A DNA stretch of 64,000 bases from Nitrospinales bacterium (GCA_965223345.1 CBDCWG010000012.1:2368001-2432000); one strand, 5' to 3'; shown: positions 10,262-21,427, counted from the stretch's first letter. The notes: generated by a model from the sequence alone, not told the origin. Numbers and translations: made by a program.

Positions 10262-10795
10262 TCAATTCCTCATGCCATTGAATTGCGCGATCGGTTTTGC
10301 GGCGGTTTTTTCCATGCCCGCTTCTTTCTTGGCCGCGTGATTCGCGTCGTTGTCTTTTTTCCGTCCGTAAATTCGATGCAGGCCTTTCACCTCGCTCAGC
10401 AGCCCGTCGATGAAATCCGGCAGCCGCGTGGCCGTGTCCATTTTCACGCCGCTGGGGGTCGAGACCAGCGGTTTCAGCACGATCGCTTCGTAGTTGTCGC
10501 CGTTGGCGGTGTCCAGGGAGTTGCCGGAGGATTTCAGGCGGTAGCGTCCATACATGAGCCGGTATTTTTTGGTCTGATCGTCGTAGGCCCATTCGATGCT
10601 CTCGCAGCGGTTGGACTGCTTTTTGAAATCGTGCCGGTAAGGCAGGCAGATGCCTTTTTCCTGCAGGTAATTTTCCAGTACTTTCGTTTCCTGGGTGATC
10701 TGGTCCAGAAGGTTCAGGAACGAATCGAAAGCCGGCATGGACCTTTCAATCGAGGCTTGCAAAGCGGGATTGGAGAAAGAGTAGTTTGAATTCAT
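10262..10795 (-). CDS. Hypothetical protein
   Basis: Protein-like ORF with GAGGT RBS before MNSNY. Confidence 0.6.
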   Translation of the reverse strand: MNSNYSFSNPALQASIERSMPAFDSFLNLLDQITQETKVLENYLQEKGICLPYRHDFKKQSNRCESIEWAYDDQTKKYRLMYGRYRLKSSGNSLDTANGDNYEAIVLKPLVSTPSGVKMDTATRLPDFIDGLLSEVKGLHRIYGRKKDNDANHAAKKEAGMEKTAAKPIAQFNGMRN

Positions 10796-11349
10796 GGTAC
10801 ACCTCATGCGATGAACGTTATTAGGATGCCTGGCTCCGCCGTGTTGTCCGGTCCGGCTGGAAGCGCAAACAGAAACCTCCCTGGTGTTTGGGCTTCGCCG
10901 GAGAAAAAACGTGAGCTTCCTCCCGTGTCCTGCCCATCCGACCTTCGGGGCGGTCCGTCTGAAGGTGCGAGACGGATAGTACCTTACGCATTAAATGTGT
11001 GGAATTTGATGTAATTATACAAAAGTAACTTCAAAAGGCAACAAGCTATTATTGTTTTTTGAGTTCGGATGGGCGATATTTTTGCAGCCGCAAAACCCGT
11101 TGCCGTGCGCGCCGGGCGCGGCTGCAAGCCGTGTGCGCCGGGGAACGCGGAATGCCATTGCTTTGTGTCGGCGGTCCTTTGCCAGAGACGTTGCCTTGTT
11201 CTTTCAATGTGCGGCGTGCTGTTTGCCATCATGCGATGTGAAAACCGAATAATTGCACCGCGCCGACAATCCCTTCATAATGAACGTGGGTGAAAAAAAA
11301 TAATGAACCCACTCGAGCGAATAACCCGGATCGAGGTCCCTGAATTCCT

Positions 11350-11979
11350 ATGAATGCAAAAAGCAAGATGCTGTGGAGAATAAGTGCCGTCCTTTTAACG
11401 TTGCTGCTGATCGCCGCCTGCGGTCCGTTCAAACGCGCGGCGTACGACGACTTTGGCGATCGAGAGGAATGGCAGCAGCCGCAAAAGGTGATCGATTCGC
11501 TGAAGATCCAGCCGGGAGAACACATCGCCGATCTGGGGGCGGGGGGCGGTTTCTTCACGTTCCGGCTTTCAACGGCGACCGGCGCCGAGGGCAGGGTGTA
11601 TGCGGTGGATGTGGATTCGTCGATGACCGAGTACATCGATATCCGCGCCGATGAGCTGAACCGGGGCAATGTGACAACGATTTTATCGCTGCCGAACGAT
11701 CCGAAGCTGCCTGCGGAGGGCGTGGATCTGGTGTTCATCTGCAACACCTACCACCACCTGGAAGATCGCGTCGAATTTTTTCGCAAGCTGAAGGAATTCG
11801 TGCGGTTGCAGGGGCGGGTCGCCATCATCGACTTCAAAGAGGACGAGGGGTTTTTGGGGCATGAGACTCCGGCGGCGACCATCGAGACGGAAATGGCGCA
11901 AGCGGGGTATGATTTGCAGGAGAAGTTCGACTATCTCAGCAAGCAGAACTTCATGATTTTTGTGCCTGCGGGCCGCTGA
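11350..11979 (+). CDS. SAM-dependent methyltransferase with lipoprotein signal
   Basis: LLIAAC lipobox; IADLGAGGG, VYAVDV and CNTYHH motifs. Confidence 0.85.
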   Translation: MNAKSKMLWRISAVLLTLLLIAACGPFKRAAYDDFGDREEWQQPQKVIDSLKIQPGEHIADLGAGGGFFTFRLSTATGAEGRVYAVDVDSSMTEYIDIRADELNRGNVTTILSLPNDPKLPAEGVDLVFICNTYHHLEDRVEFFRKLKEFVRLQGRVAIIDFKEDEGFLGHETPAATIETEMAQAGYDLQEKFDYLSKQNFMIFVPAGR

Positions 11980-12439
11980 AACCGAACGCCGCCTTCCCCG
12001 GTGCGCTTTGTGCTTTGACGGCCAGGCGCAACACGAGGCAGGAAGCGCCCACCATGAACAGGTCCTCCACCAGCGTCCACCCGGTGAGGGGGCGCGCCAG
12101 GAACACGCCGAAGCAGCCGCAATTGGGCACCGGCACGCCCCGCAGCAGCGTGATCCCCGCCCAGACCGTGAACACGCTGTGCAGGATCGTCGAGGCGAAC
12201 GCACCCAGTACCAGGGTTTTGTCGCGCAACAGCCATTCTGCGATCCTCAGTTCGATGAGCACCAGGCCCACTGCAACAAACAGCTGCGCCCAGTCCGGGA
12301 TCGCCTGATAGGTTTTGAGCACCTCGACGAAACCGGGAACATCCAGAAGCTTCCCCAGCCCCGTGAGAAGCAGCACGCACGCCACGAAATAGCGCAGCGT
12401 CGCGAGCAGGATTCTATTGCGCGTTGACAGTCCAGTCAT
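11951..12439 (-). CDS. MauE/DoxX-family redox-associated membrane protein
   Basis: About four TM helices and a CGCFG motif. Confidence 0.8.
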   Translation of the reverse strand: MTGLSTRNRILLATLRYFVACVLLLTGLGKLLDVPGFVEVLKTYQAIPDWAQLFVAVGLVLIELRIAEWLLRDKTLVLGAFASTILHSVFTVWAGITLLRGVPVPNCGCFGVFLARPLTGWTLVEDLFMVGASCLVLRLAVKAQSAPGKAAFGFSGPQAQKS

Positions 12440-13247
12440 AATCCATGAATTCCACTTTGAAGTTTTCGTCGATGGGTTCTTGCCGGTAGCGGTTGATGTA
12501 GGCGATCAGTGAGGGAGACTTCTCTGCGCCAACGAAATCCTCTTCATAAAACTTGAAAATTTCCGAAAGACGCACGACGCCTTCAGCGGGCAGAACCTCG
12601 ACATGGCGCGGATGGTTGACGAATTCCTTGGTCAGCGCATCCAGGTCCGCATTCAGGCTTTTGGCCTGAAACGGGGTGCGCGGCAGGCGCGGGCAGGCGC
12701 GCACCATGCAGTTGAGCGCAAAATGCACCCGCGGATCGCCGAGCGGCCGGATGACCTTGTTTTCGTAGTCGTACAGCGACCGTTTTTCACCGCCGATGGT
12801 GTATTCGGTGAATTTGAAAAACTTGGCACGGTCGGAAAACCGGTGAAAGTCCTCAGGGAAGTTATGGGTGATGACGCCGTACAGGGCCAACGCGTTGTAC
12901 GCGTTCAGGTGGTACTGCAAGCGGTCTTCGAGTCTGGGAAATCGCTGCGGGAAAGCTTCAGGGCTGGTTTCCGACACATAGACGACGTAGCGGTACAGAT
13001 GCGTCGGGTTGTCTGCGATGGCTTTGAAATCCACCCGGCCCTTATCGTCCACATGCGAGCGCAGCACCTGCGCCCAGGATGTGTACGCTTTTTCCTTGGA
13101 GACCTGGGTCCGGTTCGTGTCGGACATCACCGGCGGCGCGATGTGGGTGACGCAGCCGGAAACCAGCAGACCGAGGGCGACGCACCCTGCCCACAGGCAA
13201 GCAGGGAGCGAGCGTGTGGACTTTCGATGGCTCGGATTCATCATCAC
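12414..13247 (-). CDS. DUF547-domain lipoprotein
   Basis: LLVSGC lipobox; LNAYNAL, DPRVHFALNC..RACP, LSEIFKFY and YDWTVN motifs. Confidence 0.85.
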   Translation of the reverse strand: MMMNPSHRKSTRSLPACLWAGCVALGLLVSGCVTHIAPPVMSDTNRTQVSKEKAYTSWAQVLRSHVDDKGRVDFKAIADNPTHLYRYVVYVSETSPEAFPQRFPRLEDRLQYHLNAYNALALYGVITHNFPEDFHRFSDRAKFFKFTEYTIGGEKRSLYDYENKVIRPLGDPRVHFALNCMVRACPRLPRTPFQAKSLNADLDALTKEFVNHPRHVEVLPAEGVVRLSEIFKFYEEDFVGAEKSPSLIAYINRYRQEPIDENFKVEFMDYDWTVNAQ

Positions 13248-13248
13248 C

Positions 13249-14580
13249 TCATAGCGGGCCGGCCTCGGCCAGTGCTTTATCGGTTGCCGACCCTTTACCG
13301 GCTTGAATGGGATGAAACAGCGTGGTTCCGTGTTCGCCCGGCACCTCGATGGGGCGCAGGATGTAATCGTCGCGTCTGGCGTTGTGCGCGCACATGGAGA
13401 CGGGACCGTCCGGCGTCATGACCATGAAGGAACAGGCTTCGATCCGCTCCGGGTCGAGGTTTTCCGCGTTCATGAAATTCTGCACGAAAAACGAAAGCAT
13501 GTGCGTCCTGCCGCGCGCGGCGATCAGGTCCCGGCGCAGTTTCCAGAGGCGCGGCAGGATGTACTGCAGTCCGCGCACGATCCAGCGGGGTCGGCGCAGG
13601 ATTTCCTTTAAGTACTGCCAGGCGATGGTGGCGGAGGATTGCCGGCGGTCGTGCGTCACGTGCTGAAAATCGTGCAGGAACGCGGCCACCAGTTCCGCAT
13701 CGTCCACCAGCGGGACGGCTTTGTGGTTGATCGTCCATGCTGGCGCGTAGCTGTGGCATTTGGGGTGGCCGACGAGAACGGCGTCCCACGCCAGCCCGCT
13801 TCCCGAACCGCTGTCGATCTTGCGTTTCACCGATTCCAGCGAGATGGCGTCCGGGCGCTTGCCCAGAACCCCTCTGCCCGTGTCCGCCTGCAGCTGGAAG
13901 GAAGCAAACCCCACCACGTCCGCATGTTCGATGAAAAACCGCACCAGATCCGGGATCTCATGGAAATTGGCGTGGTGCACGGTGGTGTTGAAGATCACCA
14001 TCAGGGGTAACCCCCGCGCCCGTTCGATGTATTCCCTTCGCACCGCATTGAGCTGCGCTTCGGTTTGAAATCCTTTGCGTCCCTGAGTCAGATCCACATG
14101 AAAGGCGACGTCGCTCAGGCCGTTCTCCACCAGCATTTCCAGCAAACTTCTCGAACAGCGGATTCCGTTGGTGACCAGCGCGGGATGCAGGCCGAGCCGC
14201 CGCGCGTGCCGCACGATCTGCACCAGTTCGTTGCGGTCGCGCATCGTGGGGTCGCCGCCGCTGATCTGCACGTTGGCGCCGACCCCGAAATGCGCCTGGA
14301 TTTCTTCCAGACGGCGAAACACTTCCCGCAGCGGCAGGTCGGTCACCTGGCTGGAACTGGGCGACAGGTAACACAGCGAGCAGTCGAGGTTGCAGCGCTG
14401 GCTGATCTCCAGTGAAACGCAGCCGATGCTCGCTTTTCTTCCCAGAAATTGATTCTTTTTAAAAAAGCGGCCCATTCGCATTCGGGTTCGCGACAGGGCT
14501 TTTTTGATGGTTTCGGTTTTATCCGCATCCAGGGAGGACGCCTCCCCGGGTGCGATCGAAAAAAAGGACTTTCTTGTCAT
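13249..14580 (-). CDS. Radical SAM protein, Tes/MJ0619 (COG1964)-like
   Basis: CNLDCSLC, SGGDPT, FQLQADTGRG, HPKC and FMNAENLDPERIEACSFMVMTPDGPVSMCAHN motifs. Confidence 0.8.
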   Translation of the reverse strand: MTRKSFFSIAPGEASSLDADKTETIKKALSRTRMRMGRFFKKNQFLGRKASIGCVSLEISQRCNLDCSLCYLSPSSSQVTDLPLREVFRRLEEIQAHFGVGANVQISGGDPTMRDRNELVQIVRHARRLGLHPALVTNGIRCSRSLLEMLVENGLSDVAFHVDLTQGRKGFQTEAQLNAVRREYIERARGLPLMVIFNTTVHHANFHEIPDLVRFFIEHADVVGFASFQLQADTGRGVLGKRPDAISLESVKRKIDSGSGSGLAWDAVLVGHPKCHSYAPAWTINHKAVPLVDDAELVAAFLHDFQHVTHDRRQSSATIAWQYLKEILRRPRWIVRGLQYILPRLWKLRRDLIAARGRTHMLSFFVQNFMNAENLDPERIEACSFMVMTPDGPVSMCAHNARRDDYILRPIEVPGEHGTTLFHPIQAGKGSATDKALAEAGPL

Positions 14581-14942
14581 GATCCGTGTTTCCCGTTTGC
14601 TGGACCTCAATCATAAATTGTTTTCGCTCGCTGCTGTGAAAAACAATGGTGAGTCGCGCCGGCGGGAAGGGCCTTACAGGGAAACCCGGGGCAGGGCGAG
14701 TTGACGGGTTTTTTTCGTTTCTTCCGATAATGCGGCGGCTGATGACGGCACAGAGCGGAATGCGCTACGGAAGAGGGGGGCAAAATGAATCAGAACGATC
14801 GGTATTGTTGTAAGGTGAGCCTGTACGGACACATTTTTTGCATTGGCAATTAGGGCCGGAAATGGCGGCGGGGAAACGCCCGGGGAGGGTGGGGGTGCTG
14901 TCTGTCCTGAAAGGGAGTGCGCGAATCCAGAGAAGCAGGGTG

Positions 14943-15422
14943 TCAAAAATCTTCCAGCGGCTCTTTGCGGATCGGGTTTTTCAGTTCGTCGCGCAGGTCG
15001 AATTTCCGTTTGTCAAAATAGTGCAGCCACATCTTGCCTTTCAGGTTCGGTCCGCGGCGCGCCTCGATGACGTCGTTTGCGTCCTCCCAGATCCAGCTGC
15101 TGTCGGAGATGACGCCGAGGCCGTATTTCATCTCCAGAGTCTGTATCAGGTGCTCCCAGTAATGCGGGTCCATGTCGAAAATGACTCCTGCCAATACGAA
15201 CTTGTGCGAAGCGCTCGGCCAGTAATAGGCTTCGATGTCGGCCTGGATTCCGGCGATCGTGCCCTTGCCGAAACATTTCATGGCTTCCGGACCGATTTTG
15301 CAGTCGGAGAGGCCCGATTTTTTCGAGTAGGGCTTCAACGACTCAAACCCCTTGACCTTGAACCCGGACGTGAAAATCAGGATCGTCAACAATACGATGG
15401 CGCAACGCAGCAAATGGGACAT
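14943..15422 (-). CDS. Hypothetical exported protein
   Basis: Hydrophobic N-terminal segment from MSHLLRC; alternative start 15560. Confidence 0.55.
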   Translation of the reverse strand: MSHLLRCAIVLLTILIFTSGFKVKGFESLKPYSKKSGLSDCKIGPEAMKCFGKGTIAGIQADIEAYYWPSASHKFVLAGVIFDMDPHYWEHLIQTLEMKYGLGVISDSSWIWEDANDVIEARRGPNLKGKMWLHYFDKRKFDLRDELKNPIRKEPLEDF

Positions 15423-15667
15423 GCGAATGTTCCCCTTCAAGAGTGCAGGGACCGTGGGTTTCTCCGGACTGGAGCTTCGATTCGATTTTACCGAAATCCG
15501 GCGGCCTTTGTCGTCGGCAAATGCCTCTTTTTTGACTTTGATCGGCACCACATATACCACAGGCGCTGCGATAAGGCCACCGGGGCGGAGGGGTAAGCCA
15601 TTGAATTGATTCGCGCTGTGGTCCGGGCGGGCGGCGGGGGAAGATTAAATCTTTGAAAAAAATGACA

Positions 15668-15856
15668 TTATACGCAAAGTGCGGGCTGGCCGGCGATGAC
15701 TTTCATGCCGTCCATTTCGCCGATGGAGGCGTAGGTGATGAAGGGGAGCTTGCGTTTTTTGCGGTCGTGGTCGTGATCGTCGTTGGAAAAACCGGGTGTT
15801 GCCCAGATGAGCGCAAGCAGGAAAGCCAAACCGGGAATGCATTTGTTCGGGGTCAT
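15668..15856 (-). CDS. Short signal-peptide ORF, possibly a truncated gene remnant
   Basis: Signal peptide, then DDHDHD, then an early stop. Confidence 0.35.
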   Translation of the reverse strand: MTPNKCIPGLAFLLALIWATPGFSNDDHDHDRKKRKLPFITYASIGEMDGMKVIAGQPALCV

Positions 15857-16098
15857 GGGAGCCTCAGTCGTTGGTGCAGGGTTTGTGAGCTAACTCACTC
15901 ATGTAGCGTAATTTTTAGAAAAACTCTTTAGCGGGAATTTGAGGCGTGCAGGGGGCGGAATGGCTAAACCCAATCATCGAGATCGCTTCGGGTTTTAAAA
16001 AAATTTGAACCGTGGTGGAAGAGGAGGACGTGGGTATAAAAACGCGCTCGCAAATCGAACGGATCGATTTGCGAACCGAGGGGAATGAAGATGGTTGG

Positions 16099-16383
16099 CT
16101 ACTGCGCTTCGGGGTTGAACTCGGTCACGGAAATTTCTTCCTGATCCGATTCGAAACTCTCCAGCGGTTTGACCGAGCCGTTCTTGGAAAACACGTAGTC
16201 GTTGCTGTACATGCAGCGGGTGAAGTTCTGGCTTTCCTTGCAGATCTCGATGGTTTGCGCTCTGTGCTGCGAATCGAGCGTTTCCCACCCACCCACGGGT
16301 TTCCAGTTGATCGGATCGATGGCGCAACCGAAAGTGCTGATGCAGGCAATCGACGCGATCGCGCCGACGATCATCTTGTTCAT
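16099..16383 (-). CDS. Small putative lipoprotein
   Basis: MNKMIVGAIASIACISTFGC lipoprotein-like signal. Confidence 0.55.
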   Translation of the reverse strand: MNKMIVGAIASIACISTFGCAIDPINWKPVGGWETLDSQHRAQTIEICKESQNFTRCMYSNDYVFSKNGSVKPLESFESDQEEISVTEFNPEAQ

Positions 16384-16660
16384 GCGTGGACTCGCTTTCC
16401 GACAAGAAGTCATGAAATTAATGACAGGGTTGTCTCAATTTTTACAGGTGGCGAAAAGGCTGTCAATGGCGGCATTCCGAATTAATCTGTTTGTATTCTT
16501 TACTCCCGCGATACGATCGCGGCAAGGGCCGGTTTGTCAGGGAAGGGGCTTCTGAGCCGCTTTGGACTCAGGAAATGGCAAGTGAGGGTGACATTGAGAG
16601 TCGAATTCAAACGACACGGTTTCCCGCGGCAAAGGTGGGGAATTGCCTGCCGGGACGGCG

Positions 16661-17728
16661 TCAGCAGATTCGCGGCAACTGTTCGCCACTGAACATCGTG
16701 AGGCGGCGCCGGGTGCCGATTCGGGTTTTGAGTGTCACTTCTCCCGCACGTTCGTCGTGGACGCTGCCGATCCAGCGGGCGTCCGCCGTCGCATCGTGCG
16801 CACGCAGGATGTCAAGCGCCCGTTGTGCGTCGCTCTGCTTGACGAAAGCGGCGAAACGTCCTTCGTTCGCCACGTACAGAGGGTCCAGCCCGAGGATCTC
16901 GCAGGCCCCCTGCACGTCTTCCCGCACCGGGATCGCCGCCTGCTGCACATCGATGGCGAGCTCTGCGGTCTGCGCGATTTCCACCAGCGCCGTCGCCAGC
17001 CCGCCGCGGGTCAGGTCGCGCAGGCAGCGCAGCGCGATGCCCTGTTCGATCAGATCGAGGACACAGCGGGAAAGGGGCGCGCAATCGCTCTGGATGTCGC
17101 TTTCGAATCCCAGGCTTTCGCGGGCGGCCATGACAGCGATGCCGTGCCGGCCCAGATCGCCGCTCAATAAAATCCCGTCGCCCGGCTGAATGCTTTCGGG
17201 ATGCAGTTTGAGGTCGTGCTCGAGCGTGCCGACGCCGGTGGTATTGATGAACACGCCGTCGCCCTTGCCCCGGTCCACGACCTTGGTGTCGCCGGTCACG
17301 ATGCGGACGCCGGCCCGGTCCGCCGACTCGCGCATGGACCGCACCACGGTCTGCAGAGTGGCGATGGGCAGGCCTTCTTCCAGGATGAACGCCGCGCTCA
17401 GGTAGCGGGGGGCCGCGCCGCACATGGCCAGATCGTTCACCGTGCCGTTGACCGCCAGCGAGCCGATGTCGCCGCCGGGGAACAGCAAGGGCCGGATGAC
17501 GTAGGAATCGGTGGTGACCGCCAGCCGGGCTGTTGCGACTTGCAGGACGGCGCCGTCGTGCGCGGTTTCCAGATCCGGGTTGTCGAACGCGGGGCGGAAC
17601 ACCGATTCGATCAAGCGGTGCGTCTGCGTGCCGCCGCCGCCGTGCGACAACTGGATCGTCGCGCCGTCCTCAATGGGCAGCGGGCAGCTGAGCGCAGCCC
17701 GGTTGATGTTTTTGCTGGGCAGGTTCAT
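16661..17728 (-). CDS. hypE: Hydrogenase maturation carbamoyl dehydratase HypE
   Basis: [20 protein letters not shown]-terminal PRIC; start overlaps the hypD stop (ATGA). Confidence 0.95.
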   Translation of the reverse strand: MNLPSKNINRAALSCPLPIEDGATIQLSHGGGGTQTHRLIESVFRPAFDNPDLETAHDGAVLQVATARLAVTTDSYVIRPLLFPGGDIGSLAVNGTVNDLAMCGAAPRYLSAAFILEEGLPIATLQTVVRSMRESADRAGVRIVTGDTKVVDRGKGDGVFINTTGVGTLEHDLKLHPESIQPGDGILLSGDLGRHGIAVMAARESLGFESDIQSDCAPLSRCVLDLIEQGIALRCLRDLTRGGLATALVEIAQTAELAIDVQQAAIPVREDVQGACEILGLDPLYVANEGRFAAFVKQSDAQRALDILRAHDATADARWIGSVHDERAGEVTLKTRIGTRRRLTMFSGEQLPRIC

Positions 17729-18816
17729 GGGTTTTTCCTCTGATAAAAATAATAAGCCGCGCAGGCGCCTTCGGAGGAAACCATCGTGGCCCCCAGCGGA
17801 TTCTCGGGCGTGCAGGGATCGCCGAAGGCGCGGCACTCGTTCGGTTTTTTGATTCCCTGCAGCACGCTTCCGCTTTCGCATTCGGAAACGCAGGCAGGGA
17901 GGGCGGGTGTGTCCGGGAAGCGTTGTTCCGCATCGAATGCGGCGTATGCCTGTCGCAGACCCAGGCCGCTTTGCGCAATCGCGCCGATGCCGCGCCAGGT
18001 GCGCGGAACCACCCGGAATACCTTGTGGATCATTTCCTGCGCCTTGCGGTTGCCCGCCCGGCTCACGGAACGGGCGTACTGGTTTTCCACCTGCGCGCGG
18101 CCCGCTTCCAGCTGTCGCAGCGCCATGAGGATTCCCTGCAGGATGTCCACCGGTTCGAAGCCGGTGACGACGATGGGCACGCCGTGCTCCCGAGCGATGG
18201 GTTCATATTCCTCGTAGCCCATCACCGTGCACACGTGTCCCGCGGCGAGAAAGCCCTGCACCCGGCATTGCGGCGAGCGCAGAATCGATTCGATGGCCGG
18301 CGGCACGATGACCTGGGACACGAGAAAGGAAACGTTCGCGAGTCCTTCCCGCTCCGCCTGCATCACGGCGGCGGCGTTGGCGGGGGCGGTGGTTTCGAAA
18401 CCGATGGCGAAAAAAACCACCTGCTTTTCCGGATGCGCGCGCGCGACCGCAAGCGCGTCCATTGGGGAATAGACGATGCGCACGTCCGCGCCCCGGGCCT
18501 TGGCCGCAAGCAGGTCGCTTTGCGAGCCGGGAACGCGCAGCATGTCGCCGAACGAGCAGAAGACGACATCGCGATTTGCAGCGATGGCGATCGCGCGGTC
18601 GATCTGCTCCACCGGGGTCACGCACACCGGGCAGCCCGGCCCGTGCAACAGCGTGACCGAATCCGGCAGCAGCTTCTCGAGATCGTATTTCACGATGGAG
18701 TGGGTCTGGCCGCCGCAGACTTCCATGAGCGTCCAGGGCCGGGTGGCGGTGTCGGCGATGGCCTTGGCGAGACGCGCGGTGACCGCGCGTTCCCGGTATT
18801 CGTCCACGAACTTCAC
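17725..18816 (-). CDS. hypD: Hydrogenase maturation protein HypD
   Basis: [21 protein letters not shown] and [12 protein letters not shown] motifs. Confidence 0.97.
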   Translation of the reverse strand: MKFVDEYRERAVTARLAKAIADTATRPWTLMEVCGGQTHSIVKYDLEKLLPDSVTLLHGPGCPVCVTPVEQIDRAIAIAANRDVVFCSFGDMLRVPGSQSDLLAAKARGADVRIVYSPMDALAVARAHPEKQVVFFAIGFETTAPANAAAVMQAEREGLANVSFLVSQVIVPPAIESILRSPQCRVQGFLAAGHVCTVMGYEEYEPIAREHGVPIVVTGFEPVDILQGILMALRQLEAGRAQVENQYARSVSRAGNRKAQEMIHKVFRVVPRTWRGIGAIAQSGLGLRQAYAAFDAEQRFPDTPALPACVSECESGSVLQGIKKPNECRAFGDPCTPENPLGATMVSSEGACAAYYFYQRKNP

Positions 18817-19067
18817 GGCGCCTCCTTCCCGGGCGGCGGGAGATCGCCGATTTCATCCAGCGTATCGAACACTTTCTGCGCTTCCTGCTCGTTCAACACG
18901 CTGATGGCAAAGCCCACGTGCACGATCACGTATGCGTCCACCTTGGCTTCGGGAACGCAGGAGAGATTGACTTCCTTCACAATGCCGCCGAAACGCACCC
19001 GGCCTATGGGCATCAACGGATCGTTGCGATCGATACTGAGGATTTTTCCCGGCACCGCAAGACACAT
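18813..19067 (-). CDS. hypC: Hydrogenase chaperone HypC
   Basis: MCLAVPG N-terminus, VIVHVGFAI. Confidence 0.95.
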   Translation of the reverse strand: MCLAVPGKILSIDRNDPLMPIGRVRFGGIVKEVNLSCVPEAKVDAYVIVHVGFAISVLNEQEAQKVFDTLDEIGDLPPPGKEAP

Positions 19068-19072
19068 GGCTC

Positions 19073-21424
19073 TCACGCTCCCTTATCGTCCGCCCAGGAG
19101 GCGGCGAGAAGCTGGCCGAGAGACAGGCCGCCGTCGTTGGGCGGGATGTGTTGATGCCAGAACGGCTCGCATCCCTCCTGACGCAGCCGCTGCACGGTGC
19201 GTTCGGTGAGGTAGTGGTTCTGAAAGCAGCCGCCTGTGAGGACGACGCGCCGGGCTGCCGTGCGTTTCGCCACGGTGACGATGGCTTCCGTCAGCGCATT
19301 GTGGAAGCGCACCGCGATGCGCTCGCGCGGCACATCGGCGGCAACATCCTGCCGCAGGGCCTGAATGAGGGAAAAGCCGTCGAGTTGGTATCGGAGGTTC
19401 CAGTCATAGCGAATGCCGCCACGGCTGAGTGTTTTTTCCTCAGTGGGCGGTGTCTTTACCTTTTCGAGTGGAAACGGATAAGCTTCCTCAACAACGCTTT
19501 CGGGCAGCGCGAATTCCAGCTCCATCGCCGCCTGTCCCTCGTAGCTGCAACGGTCGCGGATGCCGCAGAGCGCCGCCGCCGCATCGAACAGGCGGCCGAT
19601 GCTGGAGGTTTTCGGGCACTGAATGTTTTTCTCCAGCATGGTTTTTAGAACGCGTGATTCATCTGTTAAAAACTTTTCTGCGATTTCAGGCAGGGTGAAG
19701 ACTTCGCTTCCTATATGCTCGAACAAGAGGCCCAGGGCGGTGCGCCGGGGTTCGCGCATCGCCGCTTCTCCGCCGGGCAGGGCAAACGGAGCCAGTGTGG
19801 CGATGCGGTGAAAACGGCGCGCATCGACCGCAAAAAACTCGCCGCCCCAGAGCGTGCCGTCCAGCCCGTATCCCGATCCGTCCCAGGCCACGGCCAGGAG
19901 CGGGCCCTGCAGGTTGTGGTCCGCCATGCAGGACAACACGTGGGCGGCGTGGTGCTGCACCGGCAGGCAGGCAACGCCGCTCGCCTCGGCCCATTGGCTG
20001 GACGCGTACCCGGGATGCAAATCCCGCACGATGACGGAAGGGGTGATGCCGTGAAAAACCATGCAGGCGTTCAACGTGTTTTCAAACGTGGCGAAGGTTT
20101 GCGTGCTGTCGAGGTCGCCGATGTGCGGGTTGACCACCGCATGGCCGCCTGTCTGCAAGGCCACGGTGTTTTTCAGGTGGCCGCCCACCGCAAGGGCTGC
20201 GTCTCCTTTCAGCGCGAACGGGGCCGGCGCGTACCCGCGGGCGCGGCGCAGCACCTGCGCTTCATCCAGGATCACGCGCACGATGGAATCGTCCACCGGG
20301 CGCACGATGGGCCGGTCGTGCACGAGAAACAAATCGGCGATTCCGTTCAGGCGCTGCAGCGCTTCGCGTTCGTCGGTGCACAAACTTTCATCGCTGCGGT
20401 TGCCGCTGGTGGCCACCACAGGTGTTTGTAAAATTCGCATGAGGATGTGATGCAGCGGCGTATAAGGAAGCAGAGCGCCCAGACAGGGATTGCCCGGAGC
20501 CAACGGCGCGGCGATGGGAGTTTGCGTTGATCTCTTCGACTCGGGATGTCTGCGCAGCAATACGATGGGCGCAGCCGGTGACGTTAACAGTTCTTGTTCC
20601 AATTCGGAAACCGCGCAGTGTTCCTCGATCGATTGCAGCGAAGGGAACAGGAGCGCCAGCGGTTTTTCCTCCCGCTGTTTGCGTTTGCGAAGTTTTTGGA
20701 CTGCATGTTCATTTCCTGCATCCACAATGAGGTGAAAACCGCCGAGCCCTTTGACGGCGACCACCGCGCCCTTGCGGATTGCCGCGGCGGCCTGTTCGAG
20801 CGCCGCGTGTTTTTGCGCTATAACAGCGCCGTGCGCGTCCCACAGCGCCGCCTGCGGGCCGCAGTCCGGGCAGGCGATGGGCTGGGCGTGGAATCGGCGG
20901 TCGCCGGGATTTGTGTACTCGTTCCCGCAGGCCCGGCACATCGGGAATGTTTTCATCGAAGTGCGCGGGCGGTCGTACGGCAGCGATTCGACGATGCTGT
21001 AACGCGGTCCGCACAGTGTGCAGTTGGTGAAGGGATAGAGATGACGCCGATCCTGTGGATCGAACACTTCACGCAGGCAGGCTTCGCAGACTGCGAGATC
21101 AGGGAGCACCGACGTGGACGGGGAGGCGGCGACGCCGCTGGATTGAATTTCAAACCCGGTCTCTCCGGTGGGCTTTAGATACGCGGATCGAAACGCTTCG
21201 ATGCGGGCCTGCGGCGGGCATTCCTTGCGCAGGCGGTGCACAAAGCGTCGCAGGCTCGGGGAGCGGCCTTCCGCCTCGATTGTGATTCCTTCAGGTGTGT
21301 TCTGAATCAAGCCCGCAAGTTTGAGTTCTTGCGCCAGACGGTACACGAAGGGACGAAACCCCATGCCCTGCACCGTGCCGGCGAGGGAGATGCGAATCCG
21401 CTGCAGTGGGGTCTCGACTTTCAC
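19073..21424 (-). CDS. hypF: Carbamoyltransferase HypF
   Basis: Acylphosphatase domain (VQGMGFRPFVY), two Zn fingers, VQHHAAH and PPNDGG motifs. Confidence 0.97.
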   Translation of the reverse strand: MKVETPLQRIRISLAGTVQGMGFRPFVYRLAQELKLAGLIQNTPEGITIEAEGRSPSLRRFVHRLRKECPPQARIEAFRSAYLKPTGETGFEIQSSGVAASPSTSVLPDLAVCEACLREVFDPQDRRHLYPFTNCTLCGPRYSIVESLPYDRPRTSMKTFPMCRACGNEYTNPGDRRFHAQPIACPDCGPQAALWDAHGAVIAQKHAALEQAAAAIRKGAVVAVKGLGGFHLIVDAGNEHAVQKLRKRKQREEKPLALLFPSLQSIEEHCAVSELEQELLTSPAAPIVLLRRHPESKRSTQTPIAAPLAPGNPCLGALLPYTPLHHILMRILQTPVVATSGNRSDESLCTDEREALQRLNGIADLFLVHDRPIVRPVDDSIVRVILDEAQVLRRARGYAPAPFALKGDAALAVGGHLKNTVALQTGGHAVVNPHIGDLDSTQTFATFENTLNACMVFHGITPSVIVRDLHPGYASSQWAEASGVACLPVQHHAAHVLSCMADHNLQGPLLAVAWDGSGYGLDGTLWGGEFFAVDARRFHRIATLAPFALPGGEAAMREPRRTALGLLFEHIGSEVFTLPEIAEKFLTDESRVLKTMLEKNIQCPKTSSIGRLFDAAAALCGIRDRCSYEGQAAMELEFALPESVVEEAYPFPLEKVKTPPTEEKTLSRGGIRYDWNLRYQLDGFSLIQALRQDVAADVPRERIAVRFHNALTEAIVTVAKRTAARRVVLTGGCFQNHYLTERTVQRLRQEGCEPFWHQHIPPNDGGLSLGQLLAASWADDKGA

Positions 21425-21427
21425 GGT

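Noticed and set aside
10930..10970. Hairpin upstream of the 10262-10795 gene as a riboswitch or sRNA
   Set aside because: A single GC-rich stem without any recognisable family motif
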